The notes under the pieces: generated by a model
Seen by the model: the letters and a program-made list of their open reading frames with translations, nothing else
Told to the model about the DNA's origin: nothing
Databases searched by the model: none
Position numbers and translations under genes: made by a program
Source of the DNA: Lingula anatina
Taxonomy: Eukaryota > Animalia > Brachiopoda
DNA length: 64,000 bases
Assembly: GCA_051362555.1 (NCBI GenBank)
Contig: CM120641.1
Span: 25,798,401 to 25,862,400 of the forward strand
Direction of reading: 5' to 3'
Shown: positions 50,137 to 62,416 of the stretch, piece after piece
Numbering within the stretch: position 1 is the stretch's first letter
Layout: each line of letters opens with the position of its first letter

Positions 50137-51153
50137 TACGCGTGCGCGGTCGATCAACCCCGGCACTGGTACAGGTTGTATATAACGTCATACATTTAAC
50201 ATGCTGTGGTTACACGCATAAGCCGCAAAACTGAGATGGGCGAAAATACTGTCTTCGGCTACCAATACCTCTAGATCCATTATTTTTCAGTCTTTACATT
50301 GTTTGAAAATGGGTACAAACTCCTCCGTGTCCGTGATACTAATAGTCGTACCAAAAACTGGGTCAAGTCTACAACTCCTCACGTTTTTATTTATTCTTAG
50401 TTGGTTGCGTCCATGTGATCGTGACAGTGCGAATTGGTCTTCGCGCATGAAATACCGCACAGTTATAGACAGAGCCCTGTGCCTCCCTGTGTCATATAAA
50501 AGCGGGCATATCTGCTGGGCCATCTTCGTCCTTGTTGGTGTGCATGTATACGAGTCGTGATTTTTATCGTGGGTGAAACCTTCCATATACATTGTGAAAA
50601 CAGTACAGGTTTTCGACAATAGACACATCGAATACCAAGGACGGCATTCAGGTTATTGAGGCATAATGCGACACGTGAACCCGGACAACGCTTCTATATA
50701 GTCCAGGATATACTCATCAAACACTAGTGCGTCACATGAGGGTATTATTACGGCTTTTTGAACTTACTGATGGCTACGCGTACACGTGTGACTATTTGCC
50801 TGGCGAATTAGATAACCTCTTGCACATGCATCTTCAACGCAATAGGCCCCTATGTAGTGACCCGCGGCCCTTGTATATGGAAGTAGACGCTATCAAGGAA
50901 ATTACCAGTAGTTTATAGTAGAATGCTAGTGATATCCCTAGCCTACATGTAACAGTGACTGTTACAAACGCCAGCACAAAGAAAAACTAGTTATGTACTC
51001 GTAGAAGGTGCCTATACCCACGATGATCGTTGTCGCCAAGAGCTAGCTGGAAAAGGCTGTTTCAGATGACCAAAAGGCAGTTAGAGGTCTGTCAACAACC
51101 AGCTTCACTCCTACATGTAGGCCTACTTGTCAGTTCAAAGTGAGACACGAATA

Positions 51154-54100
51154 ATGTCGATAAAAGCGTTTCCGCATTCGAAAATATTGCTTTTAGCCAT
51201 CACCTGCTGTTGCATGGTTTGTTGCGCCAGATCACAGGTATATACCTCCACGGTAGCGATGGCTGACCTGGCGGGCAGAGAAAACGACATATTCAGGTGG
51301 ATAGATGGCTACATCGACACAGAAATCCTGAGACTGAAAGCTTTGAAAAGGTATAAAAATTGACCTTGGATGTCATTCTTCTGAATGTTCCGTGTATTCT
51401 TCAACTGGATACTAATGCGAGCACGTTCTAGTAATTGTTAATAGTTTTCAACTAAATACGCTTAACCTTTCTTTTCAGATTTAAAAAAATTCTGCATTGA
51501 TGTTGTTGTTTTGTTTTTTCACAGACAAGCGTCCCAAATACCTCGCCTTACCCCGACCCAAGCCGCAGCCCATGTACTTAATCCCCTGGGAGCATACCAC
51601 ACCATTAAAAAGTTCTCTTTTGTGTGGAAGAAACTTGCGGAAGCCCTCATAAGCCAGACGTGGGCTGCGCATCCAAGTGAGACTTTCTTAACAGCGGCCT
51701 CATTTTAGCGAATGCTGCATGTATCAAGCTGCTGCCTAAAACGAGGCAATGACAAATGCGTTCATTTAAAAACTAAATTAAATATGTAGAACAGTTTCAT
51801 TAGCTATGTTTTTGTAATAGACTTGTGAAGATTCTTTTGTCTATAGCTACTTATATTTGTCTGATCTTACCATCCAATATTTCAAATAGCTATTTGAAAT
51901 ATTAAATTAAATATGGCGTATTTAAGTTTTATTACCGCGGTATGTTTATCCATTAGAGAACCTTAATTTTGACAAAGACAATACTGCCTTTTATATATCT
52001 ATGACTCTGTCTGGATCGCACGGTATCAACACTCCACGTATTTTACAATGTTCACATAGAAAACTTATAGCTTTAAGTTGGAGAAAAATTTTAACAAGCT
52101 GACATGCACATTCCAGTAGTTCTCCTTTGAGCTTGGATAAAACTGTGGAGTTAAGCTCAACCCAACACCATTAAACAACATGTACACTTATTTAATTCCA
52201 GATATATCTCTTTCAAAGATCTCCAAGGATCTAAATCTCAAGCAGTGGCCTGGAAACCGGGATTTAGAAGGGGCGGCGTCGGCATTGGTGCGTCTCCAAA
52301 GGACATACGGTCTTTCCGCAGTCGACCTTCAAAAGGGGAAAGTGCTCTCCTCTGTCACAGAAGTTCATTTAGACTCCAATGATTGTTTTTTGATTGGGCT
52401 AGAAGCCGAGAAAACAGCTGATTGGCTAATAATGAGCGAGTGGATGACGCTTGCTCACGAAAAGATGAATAAACAGTCACTGTTTAGAGAAGCTCAGGTT
52501 TTTATTTCATTAGCAAAGGCATATTTGAAGGTTAGTTTCACATATATGGTTAAATCATAAGTTAACGTTTGGCCTTCGTTTTGCGTTAAAATAATGATAA
52601 CCTTTGGAATGCATCCTTGATTTATATCGGGAACGAACAATCTTGAACGAATAAAATCATTTTATTCGCCCAAGGTACATGTACATGTACATGTACTGAA
52701 AAGAAAATAATGGTTTCTAAACTTCGTTTTTGGGTCCATCAATCGAAGATCTCCTTCGTTAAGATTAGGACATCTTATATTTCTCTTCACAAATGATAAA
52801 TTATTCGTTGCAGCTGGAACAAACATCGAAAGCTGTGGAGTTTGCAACAAGAGCTGTAGCTTTGGGTGAGTGCAATGGCGTGTTCTTTATGCGTGCGTCC
52901 CTGTTTGCGCGTGCCTGCATGGAAGCGCGTTCTGTTAATACATTTGAACGTAGCGTCGGAGGAGCTTGGATTCCTAGTAACGCATATAAACCACTTTTAC
53001 TAGTTTCTTATACGACTCAAATGAATCCGAGATGCCAAGGGATAAACGGAATGAAACACTCAATCCTCCACACTTAGGTCGCACGCCCTGGTAGTAACGT
53101 CACCTTGTGATGGCACATGGCTAAAATTTCATTTCTTTTATTCAGAGTATCTGGCGTAAGCATAATTTACCGTTTTTCGTCTAGGAAAAAGTTGTATAGG
53201 TGTTGGTTCCTTCTTTGTGTTGCTGATTTTTTTTAAATGATGTCCCACTCTATGTCATACTGAGTGTTACTTTCTTTTAATCTCCAAATGTATTTTGACA
53301 GATAAGTTTCTGTAGCATATTTTTTGTCCCTGAATGATTTAGTGTGGTTGTTAGATCTTAACTTGAATTGCCCACCACAAACAGGGGCGGATTTAGGCCG
53401 TCTTCTTGGTTTTCCAGAAGACGGTCAGATTTTCAAGTTTACATTGGTGGGTATCTAATTTTTTTCTGTCGGAAGACGGTCAAAAATGGTGGATGGATCA
53501 ACAAAGATAATTTGGAATTCTGTCAGAAAATATCTCTGAATCTGCCCCTGACAAAAGCTTAAATAATTCACACATTCGTTCTTTATAGTGATTGCTGCGT
53601 CTTACACAATGTTGCTAGACAAATATTCACCTCACAAAGGACACTTGCTTGGCATTCTACAATTGCAGTTTTTCTCTTGCGTACTTACTGACATATTTTT
53701 TAGTATTTCCTTATAATGGCCCTGAATAATCTGCTGCATGCTATTCATACAACTGTAACTAACGTTTACTGTAAAATGGGCTGGCAGCTTCCACGTGGGA
53801 AATGTTTGTCTAACAACTGGAGGAAGATATGGCCAATTTGCGTTTTAACGTTTTATGAGTAAGGCGGGTTAAACCAAATCAGCCTTCTGTTCCGTCTTCT
53901 CTTTTTACTGGAGCGAAAATTGCTTGGTTTAATTTCATTGTTCACCGACCTTCCGTTGTATCCCACCGTTTCAAGGCCTTCGTGCACACATTTGAGATCC
54001 TTCTACAATTACCCCGCTAGATGATGAAAGGGACTGCAATCTTTCACCCATGGCCTTAGGTATATTTTTGATACATGTAATTGCAGGGGGCGATTGGAAA

Positions 54101-57100
54101 TTTTATGCACATAGATCGACTTGACAAACGGCTTGTGTGCCTCGGATTCTAGGTCTAAGTTTAAATCATGGAAGTTAACTGCTGTTTTGTTCGTAGATAC
54201 AGTGATAGTTAGACCATGCTGCGCTTCCACTGGAAGATTTAGATAAAATGATGATGTTTTTAAGGTTATTTAGGTTATATTAAGGTTATTATTATCAAGG
54301 TTATTAAGCTTATCAAGGTTATTATTCAGGTTATTATTATCAAGATTGTTATTAAGGTTATTAAGGTTAACAAGGTAATCAAAGTTATCAAGTCAACCTT
54401 GGACATAATAAGAGAAAGCCTTTCGTCATTATGTCCAAGAGTCAACGTTATTCGCGTGAATTTTTTCGCCCATTCCAAGTTAATCATAAGTAGATCTTCC
54501 TATATAGAGGGATAGGAATTCACAACGTCGAACGAAATGAACTTTAATGCTTTTTTGTTCTGAAGGTAATATATATTAGTATAAAATTTTTTTTAAAAGA
54601 TTCTGAAAAGATTTAACTTTTTACATTTTTAGATCCAGGCAATAAAGAATACAGAGTCACTTTAGAGCAATATAAATCAACCAAAGAAGCCTGCGACTAT
54701 GAGCCAGAGATAACCCCTGCAGCAGAGCTTAGCGTCTACGAAATGCTATGCCGTGGTGATATTTTACAGGTTGAACGCCCAGAAACCTTTCGTATTTAAA
54801 GTACTGTCATACCTAGCGTATAGCACTTATGTTTGAAAATATTGCCCATACGCAGATAAACGCAATGGGTTCTTTAAAATTACGTCGTATACATGTACGT
54901 CTCGAGTACGCAGACAAACGTTCGCATACCCGTAAGGAGGCAAAGTGTTTCAAAAATGTTCAAAAACAATTTCATACGTTGCTTAAATCTGCATTTTCAT
55001 ACGTTGGGGACTGTGTGATTTCATACGCTCTAAGTTGTGCGTATAATCGACGTCACACACGCGATACTCATACAGTGTGTACTTGCGTATCTCTCTACGC
55101 TAGGTGTGACAAAGCTTGTAGGCCTACTTGTATGAAACATCAAACAGAGCTGTACCAGTACTGACATGTAGATTAACGGGCCTTTTAATATCAAATATTT
55201 AATTAAAGTTATTGTCGAAAATGGACCGGCAGTATCACCCATACAAATATATGAACATATGCACATGCATTACTACGACATTTTTATACAAATATCTATA
55301 TATATATAAATATTAAGACTAGCTTAAATATGCTGCTTTTCTTTCCAACTACTACTGGGAGTACAGGTTAAGGTGAAACTTTCATGTCTAATAATCGAAT
55401 TACTGTTTTGCAGGAGAAAGCAGTGGAAAAGGCCCTTTATTGTAGGTATAAAGAGACAAATATACCGATCAAAGTCGCCAAGGAGGAAATATTGTACCGT
55501 GACCCCCGCGTTAGCATATTTTATAATGTCATATCCAACAGCGAAGCTCAACTTCTTGTTGAAATGGCGTCTTCAAAGGTGAGCAATTTTCTGACAGAAG
55601 CACGAAATACATTGTATAGTGTCATCACGTTTCCTATGAATACCAATAAAGAGATTTGTAATTTTTTCAGGAATTCTGCGATATTTTGATGTCAGAATCG
55701 TTATCGTGGCCTGCCTGTACATGTGCATGTAGGCCTACATGTGTCTATCGCAAGTGACCAATATGATATTTTTTAGCTTCTTTCCACTAGTGCCAGTACC
55801 TTTAAGTTAAGTAAAAAGGGACAAATTTTTGGTAAAGGGTAGAAAAAAAATCAGTTTCTCGGCCTTGGTGTGGCAACGTCAAAATGTGTCCCCACATGTA
55901 ATTTATCACAATGGATAATCTTCCAGATGCATCAAGCTTACATTGGACAGTCCAAGATGTCTGCGATGAGAATAAGCCAAGTGTATGTAATATTTTTTAT
56001 TTTTCTATTAATCCCCACAACTGAGAGACCATTCTGTTGAAAGCATGCTACATGTATTAAAAGCACTTCGGAATTTTATCGATCCGATCATATTTAACCA
56101 TTGAGAAACACTAGTGCTATATACACATTTTTCTTGATTGCTTATTTTGCATAGTCAATGAACTGTATTGAATTATGATTTCGTAATTTTTGAAGGTTGC
56201 GGAAGCAATCACTACAGTGTTTATTGAAATTAACACTATAGTAATTGCTTCAATGTTAATTGTTTCGTAGAGGTTGGTTGGGAGACGAAGCGGCTGATGT
56301 GAAACAAATAAGTCAGAGAATTGCACAAATCACAGGCTTGGATACGACAATGAAGAGCGACATGTCAAATGCGGAAAAATTCCAGGTTAAAATGACATAA
56401 TGTACATATGGTATTGTAATACAAAATGCTCACACTTGCATATAGTAAGAAGATTGATAGATAAAAAATGGATATTAATTAAATTAAAATTAAAAATAGT
56501 AAGAATTTATATTTAAAATTTTAATTTGAGAGAAACACTTTGCCGCATTACACATTTAGCATGTTCACATTTTCGGAAAAATTACTCCCGCCGGCCGAGT
56601 TTTAAGGTAAAAAACATGAAAATATCACAATATGGTTTTATTTAAGAACATGGTCTTTGATACATTATGGTGCTTGCAAGAATATTTTCCTGTAACTTTT
56701 CATTTAAGAGGAATTGGCCCTTTGAGGACGCAACTGCTGTCTTGGTGTTCGCTTATTCGGCCTGACAAGGCCTGACTGATTGCACAACCTGTCCAAATAG
56801 AAGTTTAAGTTCCCGGCTTGTCAAGAAAAAAAAAAAATCAATATCCGACGTCTAAATTGCGTTAGTTGTGCCTTTTGTCTGCACCGCTACATTTAACACC
56901 TTTACCGTCGCAACAGTTGTGCTAATTGCCTGCTCACAATTCTAAAGCGTTTTGGAAATATTTTAAGTCTTTCGAATAGTTGTTCTAGTTGTGTGCCGTA
57001 TTTGTATTTATTGAAGCATTCATTCTACTAGAGTCTTTGGCTAATCGTTGATCTGCATGATTGTCAGAAATGACACAACGATGCTACAGGGTTATTTTCA

Positions 57101-58241
57101 GCAGTTTGCAGTATTGGTGCAATATGTTAATCTGTTCTCATATCGATAGTAATAATGCCTCTAGCAATCCTTGCCTTAAAGATAAAAAATAATAATCCAT
57201 AATAATCTCTATCACACTGACACCGTCTATTGCAGGTCGTAAGCTATGGCGTAGGAGGTATGTATAAACCACATTATGACGCTTTCGGAGTCCACTACGA
57301 CGCTTCCGAGGGTCCAGAATACCTCCGGGACTCCGGGGATAGAGTTGGGACATGGATGTTTTACGTAAGTTTCACTTGGAGAACTCTAAGACTTCGGTAA
57401 TAAACTTCAAGAGTTGGCGAGAAATCTATTACAGGTCAAACAGTATATGATATCTGTAGTTTGTGCATTCACTGGTTGGTCCAAATATTAGCATTAATAT
57501 TAAAACATTATACTTGAATTCTATTCTAATATGATATACATATATATATGATATATGTAACTTTAATAGCGTAACTTTATATATTTGTAGCTCACCGATG
57601 TTGAAGCGGGGGGAGCCACCGTATTTCCCGCTATTAAAGTTACAGTGCCGCCGGTCAAGGTAATTAATTATTAGTACCAATGTTTCAAGCTCTATCTTTG
57701 CAGTAGATTAAAGACCGCTGATTAAAGAAATTGAAATCCCTACACGATATTTTCTTTTAGAAGAACCGTCATTTGTATGCAACTAGCTTTTATTCCGTTT
57801 CATAGAACGCCGCTGTGTTTTGGTACAATCTGAAGAGAGACGGTAGAAGGGACACGTACACGATCCACGCTGGCTGCCCGGTCTTACTGGGACAAAAACT
57901 GGGTAAGTCGATAGACTTTTTTTACCATATAATAGGTGGTCAGACAGGCTTTGACACAAGGACTCATAGCCTATCAGTATATATGTGCTTTCTTTGAAAA
58001 CGAGAAGAAAGTGCTGTCACCTTTTCTTTTTTTCGCAGCACTAATTTTCACAACACGATTTTACAACGATCCTGTTTTGTGCAGTATACATGTATTTATA
58101 GATTTACATCTATAAAACAGATCATATGCCATCTGTTTTTTATCATTTGATTATTTTCCAGTTGCCAATAAATGGATACGGGAGAGGGGACAGATTTTTC
58201 ACAGGAGGTGCAGGCTCGATCGAAATTCACCCGACGATTGA
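51154..58241 (+). CDS. P4HA: Prolyl 4-hydroxylase alpha-subunit-like gene 3 (525 aa, 12 exons; most divergent)
   Basis: Exons 51154-51350, 51525-51676, 52202-52530, 52814-52865, 54633-54769, 55414-55578, 55927-55982, 56271-56385, 57236-57364, 57591-57659, 57806-57902, 58162-58241 (1578 nt). SYGVGGMYKPHYDA, HAGCPVLLGQKLVANKW. Confidence 0.92.
53382..53550. mobile_element. MITE with CAGGGGCGGATT TIR and 5-bp TSD
   Basis: CAGGGGCGGATT ... AATCTGCCCCTG; ACAAA on both flanks. Confidence 0.7.
54260..54392. repeat. Degenerate (AAGGTTATT)n array
   Basis: About a dozen imperfect AAGGTTATT/AAGGTTATC units. Confidence 0.8.
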
Positions 58242-61200
58242 GAAATCATTTTTGAAAACGCAATACATTATGGTGTGAAAAACGCCAAAGATTGTATGAT
58301 GTGTAGAAGTTCATTGACGTGCAGATCTAGTATATTAAAGTGTCGCCCTCTATAGTACATGTAGGGTCTCTGAATGTGTACCGGTACAGTTGGACCACTA
58401 TACCGCTGTATGAGGTGTGGCATAGAAAGCGTCGGGTAGTGCATACCGTACGTGTGTCTCGATCCCGTGAGTTTTGGCCCAACTGCATTAGGAACTGAGC
58501 CTTTTCATCCTTCTGACGTAAAGATTTTTATCTTTGCTCGTATCAGCCAAAATCAGGTCCATGGCCGCCAATTTATGCTATGGCAGGTTACAAGAAAGCA
58601 GCTTGTTTTGAATTATATATTGAAAAGTAATTGGTGTCTTGATGCAGTTATTGCCTGGGTCACTTCAATCGGCCATTCTTTGCTATAAATATGCGCACTT
58701 GTGACATTTCTGAATGAATAAAACCGAGTAAATTAATTTTATTCATTCTTTTTTTAAATTTTAAGATGCACAATTGAATCATCCAAGAATGATATACGAG
58801 CAACAAGATCTTCAAATTATTCTTTGCGAAACAACAGTAAAATGGATTCATCTGCATTAGATTTGTCAGCATTGTTTTTTTTTTTTACTTCTTTATTTAT
58901 TTCTAATGTATTAGACTACAGTTATAGAAAGATGGGTTCAGTATCTAAACCCTATTCAGATTCAGATTAACCTGTACTAGTTTGGAAATTTCCTAAATCT
59001 ACATTTTCTATGTCTACTTATCCTGAAAATCTACTAATTTGGCCCAGTTCAGACCTTAAAACTATAAACCCCCTCAAATTTAAGTAAATGACATCGATAG
59101 TTCCTTCTGTAATAATCAGGAAGATCTTATAAAATTTAAAAAATGGGTTGAAACATCGAATGCAAGTGCAGGGACCAGTGGAGTAATGATTCGAGAGTAG
59201 CAGAAAATTGCTTATTATCCTCGAAGAAAGGCCATTGCCGCCGGTAAATCTCGTATATAGTACCTTTAACATAAACAAAGTGAAAGTATCAGCCTGAATT
59301 TCAGAGTAGACTGGAAACACACTTCTGTACTAACAGCATGCCACCAGATACTGGAAACATGAGACAGAGACATGTGCATAGTCAAGAGGCGAGTTTCCAG
59401 CAATTTAGGGTGGTTTTGATCTAATATGATAGCAATTTTACTAATTTGTCCTGATTGATTAATGACTTGCTCTGTTAAGAATGAGACAAGGCGATACAAT
59501 CATCGCGATAGTAAACATGAGAACAGATGGAACTGTTTTTGAAAAAAAACAAACTCTACCAAGGTGCCAAGTGGAATGTAGGTTGGGTATTGAGGGATTC
59601 GGTAGTACGTGTAATATCTATAGCTTAAGCACGTCTGCATACATCATATGTCAAAGGGAATACAGTTATTTTAGCTTAAAAGGTATCAAATCCTGTATAT
59701 ATGCTTATTTTCGTGAGAATGGTTTGAGCCACAACCCCTCAACTAAAATGAACCCTACCTGTTGATATTTACATAACAATCAGTCGCTCACCGCAGTACG
59801 AGTTGTCTTCCAGATTAGTCACTTGGCAGTTGGACATCGTAAAGTGAAGACGCAGGATATGCACGGCAAAATTGCGAGTTCAAGGTTTTATTAGGCGTAC
59901 AAGAAAATATATCTTGTAAGTATCATTATATGTACATTTATCTTTGTAATAAAACACTAGAAACGCGTACGTTTAGTCAAATGTATATAACACATGTCTT
60001 TGTTATGTTATGTATTAGAATGCATGCAGAAAAATCAGTGCACGCAGCAGAACGTTGAATTACATCTAAATTTATTTGAAATCTTTTGGCATTGTGAGCT
60101 TTCTGTCTTTTTGAAAAAATGTTTTGGTCCTAGATAATTGAATGAGAATTAATGTGGGTAGCATGATGGCAATGAATATGACGAGTAAAGATTATAGTGT
60201 TCTTTAACACTGAGTTTTGATACGTGTTCCCCATTTACTTGTAAAGGCGTATTTATTTGGAGTTATTTAATACTTTTAAATGTTTCTTTTAGATGAATGG
60301 CGTGAGACGTAAGCCGTTTTCTGCTGTGGATGGAGAAGCCTTCAAAATTTTTTTCAGGTAAGTACTCGTTATGTATTTCAACACAAGCGCGCCCACACGG
60401 TTTCTCAATGCGTTAAGTTGAATGCTAATTTAAAAAAGCATATTATTATACATGAAGGTTCACACTGTATTTAAGGTGCCTCAACTTTTCCATAGATTAC
60501 AACGCTAACTATATCAAGACATATATATACATATCCCTACATATCCGATATTGATCAAATGCAATTGTTAGTGCAATAGCTAGACTACCATTCTGTGGAT
60601 GCATTATTTTCATACAATTATCTTAAGGCAATCTCAAGCCAAGCTTTTTTTCTGAAACTTTCAGAAATGTCAACAAAGATGTAAGGAATTTCAATTATAA
60701 GTATGAATCTTATGTACCTATCATACGCAAGTATCGATACTAAATATTTCTTCATATTTCAGATGCACCACATTTTCCGATTAACTGCAATAAACGGAAC
60801 CTGCAAGTTACCCAGCCTTTTGTTCGGATTCCAGAACCCGACACCATTATTATCTTAAAATCGAATAAACTCATTTACAATGTCTTTGGTTTTTCATTTT
60901 GATATGAAGTAGTTAAAACGGTAATGATAATAAGGGGAATGATTGATCTGTTAGCCATGTAACAAGTTGTCAAGCGCTCTCAAAATTTTCTGTAAAGTTT
61001 AATATATCAATATTGCTCTTGTTTTTTGTTTGCGTTATCTTATTTGTTTAATTCGAAATCGTTTTTACATTTTGTTAATGTGCCTTAAATTAAGTTATGT
61101 GACCAAGTAAATCAATCTTAATAGGCATTCATTTTTCAAGCCACAAAAAGAATGTATTTAAATTGTTTTGGAAATACCTGTTAGAATAATTTGTGGTTAC

Positions 61201-61786
61201 AATGGTACTTTGCTAAATTTGTTTCTATTTCTATTGATATTTATTGATATCTTACTGAAATTTGCTGGGGAAGGTATGATATTGATCACAAATTTTCAAA
61301 CCCCTCTTCTCGTGAACGTTTCGTTTAATAAAAATATCATGTAAAGATGATTTTTAATTTTCCCACTTCCATCACCTGGTCATAAAAATATACTTAATAA
61401 TCCAAGTAATTATTTGTTTGATTACAAATCTTGGCATAGTAGAGTTTCGTGTACTATTCAAATGTGTTAATAAAATGTTGACATCCCCTGCCCTGCAAAA
61501 CCTTGCTGGCATACTTGTTTATTTTGAATTTGCCAAATTCTCTTTGAGGAAATCTGGTCTTACTTTGCTGCTCGAGTTTCTCAATTTTTCATTTTGGCAT
61601 AGACCCTTGTTTTTGGTTTCGTCTGCCCTAAAAAACATCAATACCTTTGTACTTCATGTAGATTAAAATTATCTATTAAAAGAAACTCTCGGAAATGGAA
61701 TGAAATGCTTTAGTTTTAACTTTCAATGAATTAGTGCACAGTTTTTATATTCTTTTGACTTTTACTTTTCACTCTCAAAATAAAAT

Positions 61787-62416
61787 AGACTCGCACCACC
61801 TGTCACCCCTCAAATGAAATGGACTCGCCCACCTGTCACCCCTCAATTAGAATGGACTATCCCCACCTGTCACCCCTCAAATAGAATGGACTCTCCCCAC
61901 CTGTCACCCCTCAAATAGAATGGACTCGCCCCACCTGTCACCCCTCAAATAGAATGGACTCTCCCCACCTGCCACCCCTCATATGAAATGGACTCGCCCC
62001 ACCTGTCACCCCTCAAATAGAATGGACTCGCCCCACCTGTCACCCCTCAAATGAAGTGGACTCGCCCCACCTGTCACCCCTCAAATGAAGTGAACTCGCC
62101 CCACCTGTCACCCCTCAAATAGAATGGACTCGCCCCACCTGTCACCCCTCAAATGAAGTGGACTCGCCCCACCTGTCACCCCTCAAATGAAATGGACTCG
62201 CCCCACCTGCCACCCTTCAAATGAAATGGACTTGCCCCACCTGTCACCCCTCAAATAGAATGGACTCGCCCCACCTGCCACCCCTCAAATGAAATGGACT
62301 CGCCCCACCTGTCACCCCTCAAATAGAATGGACTCGCCCGACCTGCCACCCCTCAAATAGAATGGACTCGCCCCACCTGTCTCCCCTTACAATAAAATAG
62401 ACTCGCCCCACTTGTC
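61787..62416. repeat. 34-bp minisatellite, about 18 copies
   Basis: Unit GGACTCGCCCCACCTGTCACCCCTCAAAT(AG/GA)AAT; period 34 (e.g. 61922 to 61956). Confidence 0.95.

Noticed and set aside
24729-58241. P4HA copies as haplotype/assembly duplicates or pseudogenes
   Set aside because: Introns are unrelated, the proteins are well diverged, and all 36 exons are in frame with catalytic residues intact.
61787-62416. CRISPR-like periodic array
   Set aside because: Units are contiguous with no unique spacers, no cas genes, eukaryotic context.
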